Assembly: GCA_964538485.1 (NCBI GenBank)
Contig: CAZIHJ010000007.1
Coordinates: 1-52,466, forward strand
Reading direction: 5' to 3'
Length of the DNA stretch: 52,466 bases
Origin: an uncultured Chitinophagales bacterium
GTDB taxonomy: Bacteria > Bacteroidota > Ignavibacteria > UBA10030 > UBA6906
The notes under the pieces were generated by a model. It saw only the letters and a list, made by a program, of their open reading frames with translations, did no database searches and was not told the origin of the DNA. Of this stretch, positions 1 to 9,413 are shown piece by piece. The position numbers and the translations under genes were made by a program. The stretch's first letter is position 1; the number at the start of each line of letters is the position of its first letter.

Positions 1-1
1 A

Positions 2-2842
2 TTGCGAACGTCAACGAAGAGTGTTAAGGAAAAAAAGGTGGGGACGGTAGTGGCTGCGGACAAGATCATTATCCGTGGGGCACGTGTTCATAATCTCAAA
101 AACATTAATCTTGAATTTCCGCGCAACAAGCTCGTTGTTATTACGGGAGTGAGCGGTTCCGGCAAGTCCAGCCTTGCGTTCGATACGCTCTATGCTGAAG
201 GCCAAAGGCGATACGTGGAGAGTTTGTCGTCGTATGCCCGCCAGTTCCTTGAGCGTATGGACAAACCGGATGTTGATGTCATCCAGGGGATCAGTCCTGC
301 ACTCGCTATTGAACAGAAAACATCCACGCGCAATCCCCGATCCACGGTGGGTACCACAACAGAAGTGTATGATTACCTCCGCCTGTTGTTCGCCCGGGTA
401 GGCAGAACGTATTGCTCGAATTGCGGACGATTGGTAACAAAGGACTCCGTTCATACTGTTACTGAGGCGTTGCGCGAAGAGCTCAAACGTAACGAAGGGA
501 CGTTGAAACTGTATGTGACATTTCCATTGCAGGCCCATCCTGACGAGAATCTCCAGCAAACGATTGCGAACCTCAAGAAGGAAGGTTTCTTCCGGGTGGT
601 TGTTGCCGGGCAGCTCATTGACCTGAACGATGGTGAAGTGCCGGGCGGAACCCGGGTTGCGGATATTCAGGTCCTCGTTGATCGCCTGACTTTCGACAAA
701 GGAGAAGATCCCACGCGTCTCGCAGATTCGATTGAGACCGCCTTTGCCTCCGGCAATGGTAATGCAACTGTCGTGCTTCCGGAGAAGTCGCAACGTCTGT
801 ATTTCAGTCAGAAGTTTGTTTGTGCACCCTGCAATATTGAATATGAAGAACCTAACCCCCAGCTATTCTCTTTCAATAACCCTTTTGGTGCGTGCCCGGA
901 GTGTCAGGGTTTTGGCCGTGCCGTGGGAATTGATCTTAACCTCGTCGTGCCCAATACTTCGAAGAGTATCCGGCAAGGCGCCATTGCGCCTTGGACAACA
1001 CCAAAGTTCAAACCCTTTCTGGAGAAGTTGATCCGTCAAGCTCCGTCAGGCAACATTCGGTTGGATATTCCCTTTGCGGATTTAAGTGATGATGAACGTG
1101 GGAAGATCATCAAGGGGTTTGGTGGCTACGAAGGTCTCAATGGGTTCTTCAAGATGGTGGAGAAGAAATCATACAAGATTTATTATCGGGTCTTGTTGAG
1201 CCGCTATCGGGGCTACACAACATGCCTCACCTGTGACGGTTCCCGGTTGAGGCAAAGTGCAATGAATATCAAGCTAGGCGGGAAGAACATCGGCGAAGTG
1301 GTCCGGATGACGATTGCACAAACAGCGGACTTCTTCTCTACATTATCGCTCAGTCCGTATGAGCTGGAAATCGGCAAACGGATTCTGGGGGAATTGAACA
1401 AGCGTATTGCATTCCTCAATGATGTGGGCATTGGATATCTCACGTTTGACAGACTGTCCAATACGCTTTCCGGGGGAGAGTCACAACGTATTAATCTGGC
1501 AACTTCCCTCGGATCTTCTCTCGTTGGTGCCATGTATGTGCTTGACGAGCCCAGCATTGGTTTGCACCCGCGTGATAATGAACGGCTTATTCGAATCCTA
1601 AAAGCCTTGCGTGACGCCGGCAATTCCGTTGTGGTTGTCGAGCACGATGCCGACATGATGAAGGCGAGTGACATTATTGTGGATATGGGACCAAAGGCAG
1701 GTGAGCATGGTGGCCAGGTTGTGTATGCCGGACCCTCGTCTGATATTATCCGCTCGCCCGATTCTCTCACCGGGCAGTATCTTTCAGGCAAGCTGGCAAT
1801 TCCCTTTCCGCGCAACAGGCGGACGGGAAAGGGGTTGTCTATTGCAATTGAAGGGGCCACAGCACACAATCTCAAAGGTGAATCAGTCCGCTTTCCCTTG
1901 AACAGGTTGGTATGTGTGACTGGTGTGAGTGGAAGCGGGAAAAGCACGCTCGTTCATGACATTCTCTATGGTGGTTTGAAGAGAATGAAAGGAGAATCAG
2001 TCGAGCGCGTTGGCATATTTACATCTCTTTCGGGCTCGGAGCATATCAGCTCGGTTGAGCTGGTTGATCAATCGCCGATCGGCCGCAGCCCTCGTTCCAA
2101 TCCGATTACCTACATTCAGGTCTTCGATCACATTCGCAATCTGTTTGCGGGTGTTCAGGCATCCAAGGTTCATGGTTTCAAGTCGGGACATTTCTCGTTC
2201 AATGTTCCGGGCGGGCGATGTGAATCGTGCGAGGGAGATGGTGTGGTGAAAGTGGAAATGCAGTTTCTTGCAGATCTGTATCTCCCCTGCGATGCTTGCA
2301 AAGGGAAACGGTACAGACCGGAGATTCTGCAGGTAACATATCGGGGGAAGAACATCGACGATGTACTGAATATGACGGTCAGTGAAGCTATCCAGTTCTT
2401 TGGTTCAGAAGCTACCGGTCGCAAGACGGCCCAGAAGTTAAAGGTGTTGCAGGATGTCGGGCTCGGATACATACGGCTAGGACAGTCAGCCACCACGTTG
2501 TCCGGAGGAGAAGCTCAGCGTGTCAAACTCTCTGCCCATCTGAATGCCTCTGATGATGGTCGACATACACTGTTCATACTGGACGAACCGACGACCGGAT
2601 TGCATTTTGATGATATTGCCAGACTGCTGTCATGTTTCAATGCACTGATTGAGGCAGGAAACTCTGTCATTCTGATCGAACATAATCTTGATGTGATCAA
2701 ATGTGCGGACCATGTGATTGATCTTGGCCCCGAAGCCGGTGCAGCAGGTGGAAGAATTGTTGCGGTTGGCACACCGGAGGAGATTGCTGGAAACAAAGAA
2801 TCGCATACCGGGCGATTTCTGCGGGAGTATTTATCATCCTGA
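2..2842 (+). CDS. uvrA: Excinuclease ABC subunit A (UvrA); true start probably GTG at 38 or 50, or upstream of the window
   Basis: Two Walker A motifs (GVSGSGKS twice), two ABC signatures (LSGGESQR, LSGGEAQR), LYAEGQRRYVESLS motif, several CxxC zinc-binding pairs, 946 aa. Confidence 0.97.
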   Translation: MRTSTKSVKEKKVGTVVAADKIIIRGARVHNLKNINLEFPRNKLVVITGVSGSGKSSLAFDTLYAEGQRRYVESLSSYARQFLERMDKPDVDVIQGISPALAIEQKTSTRNPRSTVGTTTEVYDYLRLLFARVGRTYCSNCGRLVTKDSVHTVTEALREELKRNEGTLKLYVTFPLQAHPDENLQQTIANLKKEGFFRVVVAGQLIDLNDGEVPGGTRVADIQVLVDRLTFDKGEDPTRLADSIETAFASGNGNATVVLPEKSQRLYFSQKFVCAPCNIEYEEPNPQLFSFNNPFGACPECQGFGRAVGIDLNLVVPNTSKSIRQGAIAPWTTPKFKPFLEKLIRQAPSGNIRLDIPFADLSDDERGKIIKGFGGYEGLNGFFKMVEKKSYKIYYRVLLSRYRGYTTCLTCDGSRLRQSAMNIKLGGKNIGEVVRMTIAQTADFFSTLSLSPYELEIGKRILGELNKRIAFLNDVGIGYLTFDRLSNTLSGGESQRINLATSLGSSLVGAMYVLDEPSIGLHPRDNERLIRILKALRDAGNSVVVVEHDADMMKASDIIVDMGPKAGEHGGQVVYAGPSSDIIRSPDSLTGQYLSGKLAIPFPRNRRTGKGLSIAIEGATAHNLKGESVRFPLNRLVCVTGVSGSGKSTLVHDILYGGLKRMKGESVERVGIFTSLSGSEHISSVELVDQSPIGRSPRSNPITYIQVFDHIRNLFAGVQASKVHGFKSGHFSFNVPGGRCESCEGDGVVKVEMQFLADLYLPCDACKGKRYRPEILQVTYRGKNIDDVLNMTVSEAIQFFGSEATGRKTAQKLKVLQDVGLGYIRLGQSATTLSGGEAQRVKLSAHLNASDDGRHTLFILDEPTTGLHFDDIARLLSCFNALIEAGNSVILIEHNLDVIKCADHVIDLGPEAGAAGGRIVAVGTPEEIAGNKESHTGRFLREYLSS

Positions 2843-2913
2843 CATGAGGCCCAGTGATTGGCATCACTACATGCGGAACGGGATTGTATTAGATTGGTTG
2901 TGCAATAACAATT

Positions 2914-2974
2914 GAAAGGCACTGGATACACAATGGATTTAGGGGAGGTCCTGCGTGCGATTCCAGTGCCTTTC
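2914..2974. repeat. 13-bp perfect inverted repeat with a 35-nt spacer between convergent genes
   Basis: GAAAGGCACTGGA (2914-2926) and TCCAGTGCCTTTC (2962-2974); the stem extends to AATTG/CAATT with a 2-nt bulge. Confidence 0.75.
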
Positions 2975-2980
2975 GCAATT

Positions 2981-3733
2981 CTAGTAGGAAAGGCCGACGT
3001 TCAACGTAATAAAGAACCCGCCAAAATCCTTCTTCGTCCCTGCCACTTCACCTGTTCGCTCGTTGTAGAGTGATGGGAGCCCGTCCGAAAAGAGATACGT
3101 GAAGTAATAGCGGAAGTTGACTCCAAACAGATTGTTCTTATCCGAGCCAAAATTTGCTCCCACTCCAACAAAAGCGGAAGCAGTATAATGTGGCCGGCCC
3201 TTTCCCAGGCTCTTAAAGAAGTCCACTTGTCTGATTTGAATACCTGTGGTTGTTTGTGTTATCTCTGTAAATGGTGAGACGAAAATCAATGACGGGCCCG
3301 CACCGGCATTGATGTACGGACGAAACGTATCCATGATGTCCTCTCGAAACAACCGATGCTGTACTCCGAACATCAATGGCATTACAAGGAACCGGTTCAG
3401 TTTGCCCGGGACAAATGAGACTTGCGTATAAGGATCGTAACGCTCGACCTCTCTGCCGTCTTTCGACTCCGAGATTGAAAATGAGGCGAACCCGAAAAGA
3501 TCCTGAGTGAACTCTCGTCGATAAAATGTGCCGAGTCCGAATCCATCGTTTGAGATTAGAATATCAAGGCCCCAGGCATTGAGGCGTGGTTCGGTCAAGG
3601 GGGAGTTCAGGTCCAACGAGTCGGTATTCGGTGAGCTAAACTGGAGTGAGGATGATTCCTGTGCAAGGCCTTGAAACGAAACAACCGTCAGCACAACGGC
3701 CATCCATGTCAACTGCTTCAGTCCCTTCTTCAT
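2981..3733 (-). CDS. Hypothetical outer-membrane beta-barrel protein
   Basis: Signal peptide, amphipathic beta-strands (RPYINAGAG, FGVNFRYYF), C-terminal beta-signal-like FFITLNVGLSY, strong SD (GGAGGAGG) upstream. Confidence 0.75.
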   Translation of the reverse strand: MKKGLKQLTWMAVVLTVVSFQGLAQESSSLQFSSPNTDSLDLNSPLTEPRLNAWGLDILISNDGFGLGTFYRREFTQDLFGFASFSISESKDGREVERYDPYTQVSFVPGKLNRFLVMPLMFGVQHRLFREDIMDTFRPYINAGAGPSLIFVSPFTEITQTTTGIQIRQVDFFKSLGKGRPHYTASAFVGVGANFGSDKNNLFGVNFRYYFTYLFSDGLPSLYNERTGEVAGTKKDFGGFFITLNVGLSY

Positions 3734-3812
3734 ACCTCTCCTCCTCCAAGGCGGTTTATGAACATCAATATTAGTACTTCATCAAGATAATTTCTTTTAT
3801 CGGGAAATGCAA

Positions 3813-4997
3813 TCAGAGGATACGGAGGATGACAAACTTGAGGTAGTGTGTTTCAGGGACCCGTGGTAAGACCGGATGGTCCGGGGATGCACCCCTCCAA
3901 TCGAGCATTTGAATACGGCGCCCAACCCGCCGGGCGGACTCTGCGATGATGTCAATGAAAACACCGGATTCAATATGATGGGAACAGGAGGCGGTCACCA
4001 GAATGCCACCCGGCTGTACGACACGCATCCCCTTCATCTGAAGTTCGCGATAGCCCTTCCTCGCAGCAGGTACCGTCTTTCTGTTCTTGGTGAACGACGG
4101 TGGATCGAGAATAACCATATCGAAAACTTCTCCGGCAAGATGCAGTTGTTCGAGCTTTTCAAAAACATCACCCTGCTCGAAACGGACGTTGCCAAGTGTG
4201 TTCGTGGAAGCGTTTAGCGACGCCCTCCGAATAGCTTCTTCAGAAATGTCAATGCCTGTCACTTCCCTTGCTCCTGCCGCTGCTGCATTCAATGCGAACC
4301 CCCCATAATTGCAGAAGCAGTCGAGTACCCGGGCGTTCTTGCTGAATCTCCGGATTGTCAGTCTATTCTCCCGTTGATCAAGGAAGAACCCGGTTTTTTG
4401 TCCATGCAGTGCGTCAATCGCATAGCGTATCCCGTGTTCAACGATCTCAGTTTCGTGCTCTGTACCGCGCAACATGCTCGAGTGCATGGGAAGAGTCTCG
4501 AGTGCTCGCAACGGGGATTCGTTACGTTCAATAATCGAGGCGGGATGGAGCAAGGATTCGATGGCATTACAGAGTAGCTGCAGGCGCGCATCCATGCCAA
4601 AGGAAAGAGCCTGCACAACAATCAGGTTATTGAAGCGATCGATGACAAGTCCGGGCAAAAAATCGCTTTCACCATGAACAAGACGGTACACGGTACTGTC
4701 GGGAAAAAGCTTCTCGCGCAAACGCAACGCATCAGTAAGGCGCTGTGTAAAGAATTCCTGATCAAGCACAACGGCAGTTGCGGAGAGGATACGGACGGCA
4801 ATAAGCGAATGAGGATTGTACAGACCGACGCCGAGTGATTCGCCTCGCGATGAACCAACCTCAACGAGATCCCCGATCACCGGTCCACCACGAATCTCGC
4901 TGATTTCGTTGCTAAATACCCATGGGTGGCCGCCAGCAATGCGTCTGTCTTCGTTCTTTTTGAGAAGAACATGTTTATCGAGTGAAATTGTTTTCAT
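3813..4997 (-). CDS. rlmI: RlmI-like class I SAM-dependent 23S rRNA m5C methyltransferase
   Basis: N-terminal PUA-like GHPWVFSNE, GQKTGFFLDQRENR, VLDCFCNYGGF SAM motif, DPPSF and terminal TASCS cysteine; start placed at ATG 4997. Confidence 0.85.
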   Translation of the reverse strand: MKTISLDKHVLLKKNEDRRIAGGHPWVFSNEISEIRGGPVIGDLVEVGSSRGESLGVGLYNPHSLIAVRILSATAVVLDQEFFTQRLTDALRLREKLFPDSTVYRLVHGESDFLPGLVIDRFNNLIVVQALSFGMDARLQLLCNAIESLLHPASIIERNESPLRALETLPMHSSMLRGTEHETEIVEHGIRYAIDALHGQKTGFFLDQRENRLTIRRFSKNARVLDCFCNYGGFALNAAAAGAREVTGIDISEEAIRRASLNASTNTLGNVRFEQGDVFEKLEQLHLAGEVFDMVILDPPSFTKNRKTVPAARKGYRELQMKGMRVVQPGGILVTASCSHHIESGVFIDIIAESARRVGRRIQMLDWRGASPDHPVLPRVPETHYLKFVILRIL

Positions 4998-5105
4998 CGC
5001 GCACCAAGTTATCAAGTTCAACTCCGAATAGCAACACTCACGTTCGTTGATATTCGCGACCATATTGGTTACCTTTTCATATTCTCCAGCACAAGTGGTG
5101 AGAGT

Positions 5106-5765
5106 ATGTCGCCTTCATTATTTGAGTGCATCATTTTTGACATGGATGGCACTCTGACACAAACCAATGAGCTCATCTTCGCGAGCTTCAATCACGTTGC
5201 GGAAAAATACCTTGGCCGAACGCTGACAACTGAACAGATTATCGCGCTCTTCGGGCCACCTGAAGAAGGCGGAATAGAGCGGTTGGTGGGAAAGGCCGAT
5301 GTGGGATCTGCAATGAATGACCTGTGCGCTTTTTATGCCGCGCACCACTCTCGTATGGCAAGGTTGCATGAAGGTGTCGAAAAAACACTTGCCTATCTTA
5401 GAAGCCGGGGGATTCGCCTTGCAGTCTTCACGGGCAAAGGATCAAGGACGGCGAACATCACCATGGCCAATCTGGATCTCGCCGGTTACTTCGATCTTGT
5501 GGTTTCCGGGACAGACGTGAAGCAACACAAGCCGCATCCCGAGGGCATCGAACGTATCATCAGTACATTTTCTGTCTCACGAGATCGCACTCTTATGGTC
5601 GGGGACTCACTGTCCGACCTCGCTGCTTCCCGTTCGGCCGGTGTTCATATGGCAGCTGTGTTATGGGATTCCTACGACAGGGAACGCATGCTCAAACAGG
5701 AAACACGTCTGACGTTTCATACGGTCGAAGAAATGACAACGTGGTTTCACGAGCATATCAATTGA
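5106..5765 (+). CDS. HAD-superfamily hydrolase (Gph/PpaX-like)
   Basis: Motif I FDMDGTL, motif II FTGK, KPHPEG, motif IV MVGDSLSD. Confidence 0.9.
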   Translation: MSPSLFECIIFDMDGTLTQTNELIFASFNHVAEKYLGRTLTTEQIIALFGPPEEGGIERLVGKADVGSAMNDLCAFYAAHHSRMARLHEGVEKTLAYLRSRGIRLAVFTGKGSRTANITMANLDLAGYFDLVVSGTDVKQHKPHPEGIERIISTFSVSRDRTLMVGDSLSDLAASRSAGVHMAAVLWDSYDRERMLKQETRLTFHTVEEMTTWFHEHIN

Positions 5766-5783
5766 CCGTTCGGAGTTAAGCTG

Positions 5784-7091
5784 GTGAACGACGAACATCC
5801 TGCGCTCTCTCTCAACCTCGCCAGGTTTGGTCTTCCGGCAATCATCCTCATATTCTATATGACAGCGATACTCGCATTTGAGTACACGCCCGATTCCACT
5901 TACGAGGAGCTTCTTCTGGCAAAAGGGCTGACCGCTGGTGACATTAGCACACCGGGTACAATATGGAGGTTGCTGCTCGGTGTTGGCGAGCTGCTTCATC
6001 TTGATTCGCTGCTTGTCGTAAAGGTATTAAGTCTCCTTTTCTCTTGCGCGGCAATCCTCATGAGTTTCCTTATTGCCTTTGAGATCCTCGTGGATCGGGT
6101 GCTTGCCTTTTCCATTGCACTTGTCGTCGGGGTACAACCGTGGCTGATACAGCTTGCTGTCTCAGGAAGTTCCGTGTCCCTTGGTGCAGCGTTGACGCTT
6201 GCCACGGTATTCTTTATGCTCAGAAATGAATATCTCCTTGCGGCCATACTTGCCGGTGTGTCCGCGTTGACATTCTGGCAAGGAACCGGATTGTTGATCA
6301 TCCTTGTGATTGACGCACTAATGAATTCTCTGAGCCCCCAACGAGGAATGAAAGTCGCAGCCAGCGTATTACTGGTCGGACTCGTCACGTGGCTTCCATG
6401 GACTCTCTTTGCTCTGGTAACAAAGCATACAGTTGGTCTTCCCGACATCGTTCCTGTTACGGATGTGGAATTGCCATCCCTGACGACTACAGTTGTGTTG
6501 ATCGTGCTTGGCATTTCAATTGCAATCATGGCGGGCATTTCCTGGCGCGAGGGCGGTGAATCCGGAGCATTATTGCGCAACCAGTTGGCTCCAACAATGG
6601 TCGTTCTTTGGTTGGGACTTTCATCCTGGATTTCAGGATCATTTTCGTGGCTGATCGGACTACCAATTTGTTTAGCTCTTCTGGTACTTACCTTGCGAAT
6701 GTTCCTCGCTGCGAACAACCGTGGCCATCTCGTCCATGGATACTCTTTTCTCGTCATCGGAGTCCTCCTCGTGCTGTTTCAACTCGACTTTTATAGAAGC
6801 ACAAAACCCTGTATGCAATCCCGCATTGCGAGTTCAAATGAGCTGATGGCCATCGCGTACTGGATTCGTTCGAACGTGCCGGTCGCAAATGAAGTCAACG
6901 CCGATTCCCCCTGGATATTGGCGTACTATTCCGGACGACGTATTGACAGGGTGAATGATGTGCCAGCAATGTATGTGGTTTCTTCCGTGCGACCGGATAC
7001 AAGCTATAAACCCGTGTATGATCCAGTGAAGGAATACCCCGACCAGTTTGTTGGTTCATCAGATCGGTGGAGATTGTGGAGGAGGATGTAA
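5784..7091 (+). CDS. Multi-pass membrane protein, GT-C-like glycosyltransferase fold with degenerate motifs
   Basis: About 10 hydrophobic segments, luminal loop YTPDSTY after TM1, AVSGSSVSL, LTFWQG, and soluble C-terminal domain with LAYYSGRRID. Confidence 0.55.
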   Translation: MNDEHPALSLNLARFGLPAIILIFYMTAILAFEYTPDSTYEELLLAKGLTAGDISTPGTIWRLLLGVGELLHLDSLLVVKVLSLLFSCAAILMSFLIAFEILVDRVLAFSIALVVGVQPWLIQLAVSGSSVSLGAALTLATVFFMLRNEYLLAAILAGVSALTFWQGTGLLIILVIDALMNSLSPQRGMKVAASVLLVGLVTWLPWTLFALVTKHTVGLPDIVPVTDVELPSLTTTVVLIVLGISIAIMAGISWREGGESGALLRNQLAPTMVVLWLGLSSWISGSFSWLIGLPICLALLVLTLRMFLAANNRGHLVHGYSFLVIGVLLVLFQLDFYRSTKPCMQSRIASSNELMAIAYWIRSNVPVANEVNADSPWILAYYSGRRIDRVNDVPAMYVVSSVRPDTSYKPVYDPVKEYPDQFVGSSDRWRLWRRM

Positions 7092-8405
7092 ATGAAGTAT
7101 CTGATGTTCGGCGTGGTGATTTGTTTTGCGCTGTGCCTTGCACCTTACGCCGCCTGGCCGGCTGAACCCGGAAGGGTTTCTCTTCGAGGCATCACGGTGT
7201 ATGGGGCAGGTGGCGAACATGCGTTCCCTGTCATCGTGCGTGACACCGTCTATCGCAGAGGAAAACCACAGGTGACTTCAGGTTCCCTGACTATTCAATT
7301 TGATGTTGCTGCAGATGAGCCGCCACAGCTGAAGATCCGGTTTCTCCATTGCACACGCGATTGGGTTGTGGAGGACAATCCGTTTCTGCAGGATGATCAA
7401 CACAACACATCATTCACGCTCGAGTACAAGGCCTCGCCCGGTGGCGTGCGACACTATAATTATCGTTACATCAATCGTTTTCCCGATGCGAGAGACATTG
7501 TCCGATTCACATATTCCGGAAATTGGATGTTTCGTGTCATGGACAAGAGTGAAACGGAGGTATTTGCAGAAGGTCGATTCATGGTTGTTGATAATATCTC
7601 ACCGGTGATGGTTGATATTTCCAATGAATACATGACCGAACTTGCTTCCCCCCTGAATCAAGTCCACAAGGTCAAGGCGACTGTCAAGCTTCCTGACGAA
7701 ATCGAAGGGGCGCGCTATTCTGCTGTTGATGTGTACCAAAATCGTCGCCTCCACGATCCATTTCGGATTGATGAGCAGGATCGTGATCCATACACATTTG
7801 TCGATGGGTACAACACAGGTACCCGGACATTTTCCATATCCAATATTCACCCCGGCAACGAGTACCGTGTGTTTGATCTTAGCAACGCAACGCGCTATCC
7901 CAATTGGGCTGTTGCCCGATCGCTGGAGGGCGTTGATCTACCCCGGGTCTCTTGGCTAGGGGCACCCGACCATAACGGCATTACGGTGCTTAACAAGTTC
8001 GCCGGTCTCAATTCCGACTATCTCGATGTCGAGTTTCGATTTGATCCTGCACACCTTCATCAGAAGTTGACTTCTGGTGATCGCAACGTGTATCTTGTAA
8101 GTTCGTTCAACGCCTGGGTGCCGTCCGGAAGGGATACCATGGGATTTGATGCAAGTGAACGTCTATTCACCACCAACCGTCTTCTTCGTCGGGGTGTCTA
8201 TGACTACCAGTATGTGACAGGGAGATTGGATGAGCAACAGAAAGTGGTCGAGGTGGACTGGCTTGAGTTGGAGGGAAACGACTGGAGGACGACGACCACG
8301 TACACTGTGTTCGTTTATTATAAAGACCCGCGGTTCAGTGGGATCGATCGGATTGTAGGTTACGGCACCGGTGAAAGTGTTTCCGCACTTCCGGGATCAA
8401 GGTAA
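7092..8405 (+). CDS. DUF5103 / type IX secretion system plug-like protein
   Basis: Signal peptide, HCTRDW, YNYRY, SGNW, CBM48-like VYLVSSFNAW, RGVYDYQY, and WLELEGNDWRTTTTYTVFVYYKDPRFSGIDRIVG C-terminus. Confidence 0.75.
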   Translation: MKYLMFGVVICFALCLAPYAAWPAEPGRVSLRGITVYGAGGEHAFPVIVRDTVYRRGKPQVTSGSLTIQFDVAADEPPQLKIRFLHCTRDWVVEDNPFLQDDQHNTSFTLEYKASPGGVRHYNYRYINRFPDARDIVRFTYSGNWMFRVMDKSETEVFAEGRFMVVDNISPVMVDISNEYMTELASPLNQVHKVKATVKLPDEIEGARYSAVDVYQNRRLHDPFRIDEQDRDPYTFVDGYNTGTRTFSISNIHPGNEYRVFDLSNATRYPNWAVARSLEGVDLPRVSWLGAPDHNGITVLNKFAGLNSDYLDVEFRFDPAHLHQKLTSGDRNVYLVSSFNAWVPSGRDTMGFDASERLFTTNRLLRRGVYDYQYVTGRLDEQQKVVEVDWLELEGNDWRTTTTYTVFVYYKDPRFSGIDRIVGYGTGESVSALPGSR

Positions 8406-9413
8406 ATGGAGGCTCGCATGGACCGTGTTGCAGTCGGCGTGATTGGTATTGGCCATCTGGGTTCTCTGCATGCAAAAATGCTCACCCAAATTCCCACGGC
8501 GAATTTCATGGGTGTGTTTGATATTGACGGAAGCAAGTCCGGTCGTGTTGCCGCAGAGTTTGGTGTGCGGGCATACGACTCTCTCGATGCATTGCTCTCT
8601 GAAGTCGATGCGGTCACTGTCGCGACAAACACGATGACACATTTTGAGACAGTGCGCAAGGCGCTTGAGGCCGGAAAGCATGTGTTTGTTGAGAAACCCA
8701 TCACTGATACGGTTGAGGAAGCAGATCAGCTTTGCACAATTGCACGAGGGCGAAACCTCATACTTCAAGTGGGTCATATTGAGCGATTCAATCCGGCCAT
8801 CCTGGCGCTCGAGAAGTACGACATCAGCCCGATGTTTGTCGAATCCCACCGGCTTGCTCAGTTCAATCCCCGGGGAACCGACGTTGCCGTGGTGCTCGAT
8901 CTGATGATTCATGATATCGACATCATTCTCAGTTTTGTGCGTTCTCCGGTTTCGCACATCGACGCCAACGGGGTGGCGGTTGTGTCTGACAGCGTGGATA
9001 TAGCGAACGCCCGGATCCAGTTTGAGAATGGCTGTGTTGCGAACGTCACCGCATCGCGCATTTCGCAGAAGAAGATGCGGAAGATGCGGCTGTTCCAAAG
9101 AAACGAATATATCTCTATTGATTTCTCAGAAGGGCTGGCCGAAGTCTTTCGCATGTTGAAAGAGGATGATCCCACTGTCCCGGGAACTATGATGCTCGGC
9201 GAACTCGGTTCAGGAAAAAACAAACGCAAAATTGTGTACGAGCAGCCAGAGGTGAAGGAGGTCAACGCACTTCAGTACGAACTGGACCTTTTCCTTCAGT
9301 GCGTGCGTACCGGTACCAGGCCTGTCGTTTCAGGTGACGATGGAAAGCGTGCGTTGGAGGTTGCCGAGAATATCATGCGCAAGATTGACCAACATACGAT
9401 GCGTGCCTCGTGA
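8406..9413 (+). CDS. Gfo/Idh/MocA NAD-dependent oxidoreductase (GnnA-like subgroup)
   Basis: GIGHLG Rossmann motif, GKHVFVEKP, VGHIERFNPA, DLMIHDID, ANVTASRIS. Confidence 0.9.
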   Translation: MEARMDRVAVGVIGIGHLGSLHAKMLTQIPTANFMGVFDIDGSKSGRVAAEFGVRAYDSLDALLSEVDAVTVATNTMTHFETVRKALEAGKHVFVEKPITDTVEEADQLCTIARGRNLILQVGHIERFNPAILALEKYDISPMFVESHRLAQFNPRGTDVAVVLDLMIHDIDIILSFVRSPVSHIDANGVAVVSDSVDIANARIQFENGCVANVTASRISQKKMRKMRLFQRNEYISIDFSEGLAEVFRMLKEDDPTVPGTMMLGELGSGKNKRKIVYEQPEVKEVNALQYELDLFLQCVRTGTRPVVSGDDGKRALEVAENIMRKIDQHTMRAS

